From Vicinamibacterales bacterium (lineage in GTDB: Bacteria; Acidobacteriota; Vicinamibacteria; Vicinamibacterales; JAKQTR01): 64,000 bases of DNA. Both the position numbers and the translations under genes were made by a program. Location of the stretch: assembly GCA_025456345.1 (NCBI GenBank), contig JALOKU010000008.1, positions 609-64,608 of the forward strand. Direction: 5' to 3'. The notes under the pieces are model-generated. The model was not told the origin of the DNA. It worked only from the letters and a program-made list of their open reading frames with translations, and did not search any database. This document shows positions 50,937 through 59,230 of this stretch, piece by piece; positions within the stretch are counted from its first letter, which is position 1, and the number at the start of each line of letters is the position of its first letter.

Positions 50937-53888
50937 GTGACACGATTCAGACCCGTCCTGACGGCGCTGTGCGCGGCCGCGTTCCTCGCCAGCGCCACGC
51001 CGGGCCTTGCCTCCGGCCGCTACGACGCGGCACTCCGGTTCCGCGTGCTTCGCACGCCCCACTTCACGATTTACTATCACCAGGGCGAGGCCGACATGGC
51101 CCGCCGCCTGGCCGTGATCGCCGAGCGCGTCCGCGGCGATCTTGCCGGGCGCACCGGCCTCGAGGCGCCATCGCACGCGCACGTGGTCCTGGTGGACCAG
51201 TCGGACATCGCCAACGGATGGTCGACGCCGATCCCCTACAACCTGATCGAGATTGCCGCCCTCCCGCCGCCGCCGTCCTCGTTTCTCGGACATCACGACG
51301 ACTGGCTGCGCATCGTCTTCACGCACGAATACACGCACGTCGTTCACCTCGACCGCACCGGCGGCGTCATGAAGGGCGCCCGGTGGATTCTGGGGCGCAA
51401 CCCGGCGACGTTTCCCAATCTGTTCGTCCCGCAGTGGCAGGTGGAAGGCATCGCGACGTGGGCCGAGAGCGCCGTGACCGGATTCGGGCGCCTGCACGCG
51501 GCGGACGTGGCCGGCGTGGTCGCCGCTGCCTCGGCCAGCGGCCGGGCGTCGATCGATCGCGCGGGCGGCGGCCTTCTGGCCTGGCCGTCCGGGCACACGC
51601 CCTACTTCCAGGGCGGAGTGTTCGACGAGGCGATTGCCGCGCGCTATTCCCCGCAAGCCCTGGGCGATCTGTCGCGCGAAACGGCCCGGCGCCTCCCCTT
51701 CCTCGGCGCCGGCGCGTACAAGAAGGTGCTGGGCGCGCCGGCTGGCGAGTTGTGGAAGGAGATCTTCGCCGCGCCGCCCGAGCCGTCCGCACGCCACGCG
51801 TCCGGGCTGGAGCGGCTCACGCACGACGGGTTCGCCGTGAGCGGCCCGCGCATCGTCCGCCGGCGCGCGGGGCCGGCCGATGAACCGGACGTGGTGGTCT
51901 ACAGTTCGCAGGGCCCGCACCGCTTTCCGGACATCAGGCGGGTCGGCCTCGGCGGCGGGCCTTCTTCGCGGGTGGTGACGAGGTTCGACGGGCAGACGCT
52001 GTCGGCGGACGGCAGGTGGCTCTACTTCGACCAGCTCGAGTTCGACGGTCCGATCGCGATCGTCTCGGATCTGTACGCGCGGGATCTCGAGTCGGGCCGC
52101 CAGCGGCGTTTGTCGCGCGGCGAACGCCTGACGGACCCGGACGTGGATGCGGCCGGCACGCGCCTGGTGGCCGTCAGGGCGCGCACGGGCGAGACGCGCC
52201 TCACGACGTGGCGCATCAGCCGGGCCGCTGATGGCACTCCCGCCCTCGGGCAGGAGCCGGAACGCGTGCTCGGGTCCGCGGGCTGCCAGTACGCCTCGCC
52301 GCGATGGTCACCCGATGCGACGCTCATCGCCGCGGTCCGCCACTGCACCGGGTCGCTGCCCCTCATCGTCGAGATTGCCCTCGCCGACGGCGCGGAGCGC
52401 GTGATCGCCTCTGGCGGGCGGAACGTCACCCCAGCGTGGTCGCCGGACGGCCGGACCGTGCTGTTCGCGTCGGACCGCGAAGACCTGCGCTTCAAGCTCT
52501 ACGCGTGCGACAGAACCGGGGGCGCGGATCCTGGCGGGGCTCCGGCGCTCGTGCTGGACGCCCCGGGCGGCGTCATGTGGCCCGACATGGCCTCGGATGG
52601 AACCGCCGTCGTCTTCACCAGCCTCACGGCCGACGGCTACGACGTGTTTGCGGCCCGTATCCCGCAGGCCGCCCTCCGCGCGGCGGGCCCCGCGCCGGCG
52701 GCCGTCACATCCGGCGGCCAGGCAGCCGCGCCGGCGCCAGGCCAGGACGGCGTGGACCCCGGCGCTCCGCAGACGCCTGATGGCGGCGCCTACTCCCCAT
52801 GGAGGACGCTGCTGCCGAGAGCCTGGTCGCCACAGCTCAACGTCAATGGCGGCGACGTGGACATCGGCGCGTCGATCGGCGCCTCCGATGTCCTCGGCTA
52901 CCACGAGTACACCGCAGCGGCGATGTGGCGGGCATCCGGCCAGCAGGCCGACATCGCGTTCGACGCGCCGCCCGTCGGCTGGAGCGTGTCTTACGCGTAC
53001 AACCGCTGGAGGCCATCTTTCCTGCTCTCAGCGTGGTCCAGCGTCGATACCGTCGCGGTCTCTGCAGCCGGGTCGTCGAGCACGCTGATCTCCCAGGAAC
53101 GCAGCCAGGGGGTCTTCGCGGGCGTCCTCCTCCCCTGGCGCAGGGTCCGGCTCTCCCAGAGCTGGCTCGCCGGCGTGGGAGTTGACGAGCGGCGCCTTCC
53201 GGATGCCTCCGGAGCTGCCGACCGATCGCGCAACGGCGTTCGAGGCGGCTGGGCGCTGAACAGCTCCCGGCAGTACGGCTACTCGATCAGTCCCGAGGAC
53301 GGCATCTGGATGGCATTGAACGTGGAACGGGTCACCCCCGGGCTTGGCGCGGATGCGAACGCCCTGACGTTGACCGGAGACTGGCGCGGCTACGCCCGCG
53401 GCCTCGGACGCCACCACGTTGCGGCGATCCGCCTCGGCGCAGCCTCGAGCACCGGCGACACCGGGATGACGCGCACGTTCAGCCTTGGCGGGAGCGGCCT
53501 GTCAGCCGCGCCTTTCGCGATGGGACAACGCGCGGTCGGGCTGCTCCGAGGGCTGCCGCAGGACCAGCGTTTCGGCACGGCGGTATGGGTCGCCAACCTC
53601 GACTACCGCGTTCCCCTCGCGCGCGTGGAACGAGGCGCCGGGACCTGGCCCGTCTTCCTCCGCGATATCCATGGCGCCGCCTTCGCCGACGCCGGCTCGG
53701 CGGGGAACGCGATGGACGCGCTGCCCGCCGCCGCCTTCTCGTTGGGCGGCGAACTCGGCGCGCGGGTCACGCTTGGGTACAGCTGGAACCTCACCCTGGC
53801 GGCCGGAGCCGCGTGGGTGCGCGACTCATCCCGTCCCGGAGAGCCCGACCGCTTCGCCATCTTCGTCCGCACCGGCTACGCGTTCTGA
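50937..53888 (+). CDS. Outer-membrane protein: zincin-like domain + PD40 propeller + Omp85-like barrel
   Basis: Signal peptide, HEYTH..WQVEG, SPRWSPD and PAWSPDG repeats, LRG..Q and DYRVPL barrel motifs, C-terminal GYAF. Confidence 0.78.
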   Translation: MTRFRPVLTALCAAAFLASATPGLASGRYDAALRFRVLRTPHFTIYYHQGEADMARRLAVIAERVRGDLAGRTGLEAPSHAHVVLVDQSDIANGWSTPIPYNLIEIAALPPPPSSFLGHHDDWLRIVFTHEYTHVVHLDRTGGVMKGARWILGRNPATFPNLFVPQWQVEGIATWAESAVTGFGRLHAADVAGVVAAASASGRASIDRAGGGLLAWPSGHTPYFQGGVFDEAIAARYSPQALGDLSRETARRLPFLGAGAYKKVLGAPAGELWKEIFAAPPEPSARHASGLERLTHDGFAVSGPRIVRRRAGPADEPDVVVYSSQGPHRFPDIRRVGLGGGPSSRVVTRFDGQTLSADGRWLYFDQLEFDGPIAIVSDLYARDLESGRQRRLSRGERLTDPDVDAAGTRLVAVRARTGETRLTTWRISRAADGTPALGQEPERVLGSAGCQYASPRWSPDATLIAAVRHCTGSLPLIVEIALADGAERVIASGGRNVTPAWSPDGRTVLFASDREDLRFKLYACDRTGGADPGGAPALVLDAPGGVMWPDMASDGTAVVFTSLTADGYDVFAARIPQAALRAAGPAPAAVTSGGQAAAPAPGQDGVDPGAPQTPDGGAYSPWRTLLPRAWSPQLNVNGGDVDIGASIGASDVLGYHEYTAAAMWRASGQQADIAFDAPPVGWSVSYAYNRWRPSFLLSAWSSVDTVAVSAAGSSSTLISQERSQGVFAGVLLPWRRVRLSQSWLAGVGVDERRLPDASGAADRSRNGVRGGWALNSSRQYGYSISPEDGIWMALNVERVTPGLGADANALTLTGDWRGYARGLGRHHVAAIRLGAASSTGDTGMTRTFSLGGSGLSAAPFAMGQRAVGLLRGLPQDQRFGTAVWVANLDYRVPLARVERGAGTWPVFLRDIHGAAFADAGSAGNAMDALPAAAFSLGGELGARVTLGYSWNLTLAAGAAWVRDSSRPGEPDRFAIFVRTGYAF

Positions 53889-53899
53889 ACCACACTCCG

Positions 53900-53983
53900 C
53901 CCTCTCCCCCCTCTCGCCTATCCCCTCTCCCCTGTCCCCTCTCCCCTATCCCCTCTCCCCTATCCCCTCTCCCCTCTCCCCTT
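53900..53983. repeat. Heptamer tandem repeat (TCCCCTN)n
   Basis: Nine consecutive TCCCCTN units at 53921-53983 plus degenerate units upstream. Confidence 0.92.
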
Positions 53984-53996
53984 GTAGAATCCCCCG

Positions 53997-54887
53997 ATGG
54001 CCCACGATCTCCCCTATCACGCCCAGTTGCCCTTCACCTTCGGCGCCCTCGAACAGGACGCCGGTTCGTTCGATCGTGCCGGCGCCGTCATCCTGCCGGT
54101 GCCGTTCGAGCGGACGACCTCCTACGTGCCCGGCACCAAGAACGGGCCGCGCGAGATCATCGCCGCGTCGGGGCAGGTGGAGTTGTACGACGAGGAACTC
54201 GGACGCGAGATCTGCGATGCCGGCATCCATACGCTGCCGGCGATGGAATCGCCCTTCGCTTCCACCGAGGACGCCTTCGCGGAAATGCGTCGCGTCTCGG
54301 CGTGGCTCGCCGGCGCCGGGAAGTTCTTCATCGCCCTGGGCGGCGAGCACGCGCTGACGGCGCCGCTGGTGGCCGGCGTGGCCGGCGTGCACCCGGGCGT
54401 CACGGTGCTGCAGATCGACGCGCACGCGGACCTGAGGGAAAGCTACATGGGCGACCGGCACAGCCACGCGAGCGCGATGCGCCGCGTCCTGGAATACGCG
54501 CCGGCCGTGCAGGTGGCCATCCGCAATCTGTCGGCGCCGGAAGCCGAGGCGATTCCCGGCCTCAACACGACGGTGTTCTACGACTGGAACATGCGCGACG
54601 ACCCGGCATGGATGACGCGGATTGTCGACGCGCTGGGCGAGAAGGTGTACATCACGATCGACTGCGACGGTATCGACCCCGCCGTCATGCCGGCGGTCGG
54701 GACGCCGGAACCGGGCGGGCTGACCTGGCGGGAACTGCTGACGCTTCTGAAGCTGGTGATGACGAACAAGACCGTCGTCGCGGCCGACGTGGTCGAGCTC
54801 TGCCCGATTCCCGGCCTGGTCGCGCCGACGTTCCTCGCCGCCAGGCTGGTCTACAAGCTCATCGGCTACCGGTTCTTCGCCCGCTAG
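53997..54887 (+). CDS. speB: Agmatinase
   Basis: TTSY.PG...GP, GGEH, DAHAD, DCDGIDP, GTPEPGG ureohydrolase motifs. Confidence 0.92.
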   Translation: MAHDLPYHAQLPFTFGALEQDAGSFDRAGAVILPVPFERTTSYVPGTKNGPREIIAASGQVELYDEELGREICDAGIHTLPAMESPFASTEDAFAEMRRVSAWLAGAGKFFIALGGEHALTAPLVAGVAGVHPGVTVLQIDAHADLRESYMGDRHSHASAMRRVLEYAPAVQVAIRNLSAPEAEAIPGLNTTVFYDWNMRDDPAWMTRIVDALGEKVYITIDCDGIDPAVMPAVGTPEPGGLTWRELLTLLKLVMTNKTVVAADVVELCPIPGLVAPTFLAARLVYKLIGYRFFAR

Positions 54888-54888
54888 C

Positions 54889-55614
54889 CTACACGCCGTC
54901 TGCCTCGCGCCGGGCGGCCGGCGCGTAGGGCGATTGCGGGAACTCGTCCACCAGGCGCTTGAAGGTTTTCTTCGCGTCGTCGGTCTTCCCCGCCAGCCGG
55001 TAGGCGCGGCCGATCTGCATCAGGACGCCGTCGACGGGCACGTCCTCGGACTTGAGCGACTCCACTTCCTTGAACGACGCGATGGCCTGGTCGTACTGCC
55101 CCGACATCATGTGGGCCTCGGCGATGCCCAGGCGGGCCATCGACTGGTAGGCGCCCCGGCCCTTCTCGACGACTTCCTTGTAGCGCTGGATGCCGTCCTG
55201 CGTGCGGCCGACGGCCACCAGCGCGGCCGCGGCGCGGTAGCGGGCCATGATGCCCGCGTCGCTCCCGGGATACGCCTCGGCCACCGCCAGCAGCATCGGC
55301 AGCGCCGCCTCGAGGCGGGCGCGATCCGTCGGGAACGTCCCGGGACGCTGGACCGGGGGCTTGCCGGCTTCGGCCGGCGCCGGCGGCAGGACGGGCGCTT
55401 CGGCAACGGCGAGCGCCCCGGCCAGGGCCGACGACGCCTTCCCGGCGGCCGACTGGCGGAAGGCCAGGGTGCCCATGACGGCCACCAGCGCCAGCGCGGC
55501 GGCGATGCCGATGTACCCGACGGTCCTGCTGTTGGCCTCGTACCAGTGCTTCGCCCCGAGCAGCCACTCGGCGAACTCGTTCTCCTTGAGATGATGGCGT
55601 TCGGTGCGTTTCAT
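54889..55614 (-). CDS. Membrane-anchored TPR protein (YfgM-like)
   Basis: MKRTERHHLKENE, one TM helix, TPR repeats ending FPQSPY. Confidence 0.8.
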   Translation of the reverse strand: MKRTERHHLKENEFAEWLLGAKHWYEANSRTVGYIGIAAALALVAVMGTLAFRQSAAGKASSALAGALAVAEAPVLPPAPAEAGKPPVQRPGTFPTDRARLEAALPMLLAVAEAYPGSDAGIMARYRAAAALVAVGRTQDGIQRYKEVVEKGRGAYQSMARLGIAEAHMMSGQYDQAIASFKEVESLKSEDVPVDGVLMQIGRAYRLAGKTDDAKKTFKRLVDEFPQSPYAPAARREADGV

Positions 55615-55841
55615 GCTCGTGCTGTCCCTTCGAAAGTGGCGTCGGCCGTCGGGCTGGACCACGCGGCGCTCCCGTCCGGCAGCGCGTACACGCCGCAGGT
55701 CGGTTTGGATCCCAATTCAATATCGTATCCCATCGGACGGGAGACGTCATCCCGGACCCTGACGGGCTTACAATGGACTGCCCTCACCCGGATTGCTCGG
55801 GGCCTGCCCCGCCGGGCGCGGCACGAACGGAGGACCTCCCC

Positions 55842-56675
55842 ATGCCACGCGTCCTGCTCATCGGCCGTGACTCCGGGTTCCACCGCGCGCTGTCGGAATC
55901 CGGCCCGCTCGACGGCTGCGCCGTCGTCGCGGCCGCCGGCAACGTGGACGCCGTGCACCAGGTCCGGGTGCGGGCGACCGACGTCGTCGTGACCGATCCG
56001 GACACGCCGGTTGAAGACGACCTCGCGTTGATCGAGGAGCTCCGCGCCTGCCGGCCGGGGATTCGGGCGATTGTCCTGGCGCCGGCGGCCACGCCAGCCG
56101 AGTTCATCACCGCGATCCGCTCCCGCGTCTTCGCCTGCTTCGTCGCGCCGTTCGACGTCTCCGCCATCGCGGACATGACCAGGCTGGCGATTGACACGGC
56201 GGACTGGCGAGACGGCCTCCGGATCGAATCGGGGCTGCCGGACTGGATTTCGCTGACCGTCAGCTGTCAGCGCGTCACCGCCGACCGCCTCGTCCACTTC
56301 ATGAACGAGTACCGCCGCGAGCTGCCGGACTCAGAGCGGGACGACCTCATGCTGGCGTTCCGCGAGGTCCTGATCAATGCGATGGAGCACGGCGCCGGGT
56401 TCGATCCCGAGAAGGTGGTCAACGTGACCGCCGTCCGGACCGAGCGGGCGATCGTCTTCCACTTCCGGGACCCCGGCAGAGGGTTCGATCGCGCACAGCC
56501 CGATCGGCCGGTCCTGTACGGCGCGGACCCCGATCCGATCGCGATGATCGAGCGGAGGGTCGAGATGGGTCTCCGGCCGGGAGGCTTCGGGATGCTGCTG
56601 GCCAAGAAGGCGGTCGACGAGATGTTCTACAACGAGCTGGGCAACGAGGTGCTGCTCATCAAGCGCCTCGTCTGA
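55842..56675 (+). CDS. Receiver-like domain fused to an RsbW-type HATPase_c domain
   Basis: Degenerate receiver fold, then EVLINAMEHG, DPGRGFD, GGFGMLL, YNE.GN; GGAGG RBS before ATG 55842. Confidence 0.82.
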   Translation: MPRVLLIGRDSGFHRALSESGPLDGCAVVAAAGNVDAVHQVRVRATDVVVTDPDTPVEDDLALIEELRACRPGIRAIVLAPAATPAEFITAIRSRVFACFVAPFDVSAIADMTRLAIDTADWRDGLRIESGLPDWISLTVSCQRVTADRLVHFMNEYRRELPDSERDDLMLAFREVLINAMEHGAGFDPEKVVNVTAVRTERAIVFHFRDPGRGFDRAQPDRPVLYGADPDPIAMIERRVEMGLRPGGFGMLLAKKAVDEMFYNELGNEVLLIKRLV

Positions 56676-56722
56676 CCGCCGCGGCCCGCCGGACCGGATG
56701 GCCCCGGCGGAAGCGTGAGGTG

Positions 56723-56799
56723 TGGTGCCCCTGGCCTGACTCGAACAGGCGGCCTACGGTTTAGGAAACCGTTGCTCTATCCACCTGAGCTACAGGGGC
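56723..56799 (-). tRNA. tRNA-Arg(CCT)
   Basis: Minus strand GCCCCTG-TA-GCTC..GAGC-A-ACGGT-TTCCTAA-ACCGT-AGGCC-GCCTG-TTCGAGT-CAGGC-CAGGGGC-ACCA: complete cloverleaf with encoded CCA, 77 nt. Confidence 0.97.
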
Positions 56800-57103
56800 A
56801 GCGAGTTTCAATGCTAGCACGGAGCGGCGGGTAGCGAGATTCCGCAGCCCCAGGCGAGGGGACCGGTCCGCTGACTGTGCCCGGGACTGTGGCCGCAACT
56901 TCCGCATCGAGCCGCCGGGGGCGTTCCGCAACCGGACACATTGGCCTCCAGACGCGCGAGATAAATGTCGCCGCCCGCACAGACTTCTGTGGCGGCAAAG
57001 TCGATCCTGAGTCAGCCCCGGACAACCCTACATCTGCGCCAACGCCTTCACTTTCAAAGACTTACCGAGGCCGCACAGCCCCAGCGACCGCCACGATGGC
57101 GAG

Positions 57104-57119
57104 GGGCATGAACGTTGCT
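57104..57119 (+). promoter_or_regulatory. Sigma54 (-24/-12) promoter for the PEP-CTERM gene
   Basis: GGGCATGAACGTTGCT versus consensus TGGCACGNNNNTTGCW; IHF-like TTTCAAAGACTTA at 57052-57064 and TGT-N10-ACA at 56966-56981 upstream. Confidence 0.65.
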
Positions 57120-57285
57120 AAAGTGTAACGCCCGTTAATCGTCTCGACGAAGCCCTCATCGGCGTGACCGCGTGGCGCATGACTGGCCGGGAGCCGCGGG
57201 ACACCTCGCGACCACCGGCCGCTCAGTCGGCCTGGACCGCTTGCTGAGCCAGTCACGCACTGGCTCTGGAGGGAGTGCAGAGACC

Positions 57286-58038
57286 ATGAACAAGTTGCCT
57301 GCGCTGCTGCTCGCGTTGTTGATGTCATTTGGCGTGACGATGGCGGCAGATGCCGACCCCATCCGCCCGTCATTGAACCCGGCGGCTTGGAACAGGTATC
57401 CGGTGGTGATTGGAGGCACCAACTATAATTCGGGCTTCTCCACCATCGACGTCACGGCAGCGGGTCATCTTCGGGGGACGATGACGGCGGAAACACTGGG
57501 ATCGAGCTGGATGGTGGGGCTCGAGACTGTTGACTCATACGATTTCCAGAATGCGACATTGGACTACCAGTGGCTGGTCAACGGGCAGGGGATGTACTCG
57601 AGCATCTACTCCGGAGTCCATGGACTGGTCTACAACGTCGATCCCAATTCACCATATTTCGGCGGCCTGACGACAGGTTGGAAGTATGAGGGAATTGGTG
57701 AAGTGATTCCGAGCAATCAATGGCTCTATACCCAGTTCGTGTTCTCTCAAACCGGCTACCAGTTCTCTGTCAGCAAGACCGGCTACGGCAACACCGACTT
57801 TCTGAGCGGTAGCAAGGCCTACAGCCAAGCCACGTGGGATGCGCTTGCCGATGCGCATCTCTTCTTCCAGTTCGGCAACAACTGCAAGGCGGGCGCCTAC
57901 TTCGAAGTTGCCGAGGCAGCGATCTATCAGCCGGTGGCGGCGGCGCCGGCAGCGGCACCCGTCCCCGAACCCGCCTCGCTGCTGCTGTTCGGCACCGGAC
58001 TGGCCGGCCTCCGCGCCTGGCGGAAACGGCGGCAGTAA
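57286..58038 (+). CDS. PEP-CTERM sorting domain surface protein
   Basis: Signal peptide ending A.ADPI; C-terminal VPEPASLLLFGTGLAGL..WRKRRQ; GGGAG RBS; visibly lower GC than its neighbours. Confidence 0.92.
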   Translation: MNKLPALLLALLMSFGVTMAADADPIRPSLNPAAWNRYPVVIGGTNYNSGFSTIDVTAAGHLRGTMTAETLGSSWMVGLETVDSYDFQNATLDYQWLVNGQGMYSSIYSGVHGLVYNVDPNSPYFGGLTTGWKYEGIGEVIPSNQWLYTQFVFSQTGYQFSVSKTGYGNTDFLSGSKAYSQATWDALADAHLFFQFGNNCKAGAYFEVAEAAIYQPVAAAPAAAPVPEPASLLLFGTGLAGLRAWRKRRQ

Positions 58039-58051
58039 GCTGCGGTCAGAG

Positions 58052-58101
58052 GCGTACGGATCAGTGAGGGCCACCATCGCGGTGGCCTTCGCCGCGTACG
58101 C
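58052..58101. terminator. Hairpin between convergent genes
   Basis: GTGAGGGCCACC-ATCGC-GGTGGCCTTCGC stem with outer GCGTACG/CGTACGC pairing; no clear U tract. Confidence 0.5.
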
Positions 58102-58144
58102 GTGAGCCCGGCGCGAACGGCCTCGACCGATTTGAGCTCAGGGG

Positions 58145-59230
58145 CTACAGGCGGGGCAGCATCCGGCGGTAGAGCTGCCGGAACAGCAGGCCGGTCTGCG
58201 GCCTGACGTACATCTGGCGCAGCCTCGCCAGTCTGCGCTCCCGGCGCTGCCGCTTCGCCTCGTCGGCGGCCAGCCGGGCGGAAAGCTCGGGGTCGAGCGC
58301 CACGTCGATGTCGGCGCCGAGTCCATTGCGGTCGATCGCCACGAAGGCGTCCCGCAGGCGGGCGTGGAACGCCTCGCGCTCGTGCTCGCGGAGGCGCTCG
58401 AGCTCCGGCGCGAGGCTCTTCCGCGCGTGCGCCGGTGGCATGCCGATCGTCGGGTTCAGGTTGATTTCCCAGGTCTGGGGCGCGCCGTTGAGCATCCCGT
58501 AGTCGATCCGGCCGTAGCCCGCGCCCGCGATGGAAAACACCTGGCGCAGCCACGCCTCGTGGGGGTTGCCCTCGACATAGGCCATGTTCTCCCGGATCAA
58601 CGACTCGTCCGGCTCGCTGCTCTCCGACTTCACCGCCCACTGATGCGACGCCAGGACGTGGCAGGGCACGATGCGATCCCCCACGGCGAACGCGCTGTAC
58701 TTCCTGTAGACGCCGTGCGCGTCGGACGTGTCGCAGAACTCGACGACGAGCAGCTCGTCGAGGCGCCAGCCCCGCGCCCGGAGCGCCCACAGCGCCTTCG
58801 ACACCTCGCGCCGCGAGTGCAGCAGCCCCGTGAGCGGGCCGTTGTGATCGTCGGCCTCGCGGAGGAAGACCGGGTACCGCGTGATCTCGCGGGCGTCGGT
58901 CGCCCTCAACGCCCTGAACGAGTTGAGGCCGGCCGCGTGGAGCGCCGTGAGCAGCTCGAACCGCATCACCACGCGCCGGGGATCGTTCAGCCTCGGCGCG
59001 GCGGGTACACGGGCGGCGAGCGCATCGTGCAGCACCGCCGCCGCCTCCCGCTGGTTCGCCGTCAGGCGGTCCAGCGACGCGAAAATGTGGGCGCCTGCGC
59101 GAAGACGCACCGGCGATCCGGCGTCCTCGTACACGCGGCACTCGAAACGGCCGGCGATCGCCAGGCCCCGGCGTGCACAGTAGTTCGGAATCGCCTGACT
59201 ACTGGATCGATTCGCCCAGAACGAGATCAT
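58145..59230 (-). CDS. Uncharacterised ATP-grasp fold protein
   Basis: LNDP, YPVFLR, LLVVEF, YGRIDY and WEINLNP occur in the order expected for RimK/ATP-grasp motifs; GAAGGGG RBS before ATG 59230; overlaps the ABC gene end by 32 nt. Confidence 0.65.
   Translation of the reverse strand: MISFWANRSSSQAIPNYCARRGLAIAGRFECRVYEDAGSPVRLRAGAHIFASLDRLTANQREAAAVLHDALAARVPAAPRLNDPRRVVMRFELLTALHAAGLNSFRALRATDAREITRYPVFLREADDHNGPLTGLLHSRREVSKALWALRARGWRLDELLVVEFCDTSDAHGVYRKYSAFAVGDRIVPCHVLASHQWAVKSESSEPDESLIRENMAYVEGNPHEAWLRQVFSIAGAGYGRIDYGMLNGAPQTWEINLNPTIGMPPAHARKSLAPELERLREHEREAFHARLRDAFVAIDRNGLGADIDVALDPELSARLAADEAKRQRRERRLARLRQMYVRPQTGLLFRQLYRRMLPRL

Noticed and set aside
53900..53983. CRISPR array
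   Set aside because: A 7-bp tandem unit without spacers; no cas genes in the window.
57173..57187. Second sigma54-like motif TGGCGCATGACTGGC before the PEP-CTERM gene
   Set aside because: It has GG-N10-GC but lacks the TTGC element; the 57104-57119 site is a better match.
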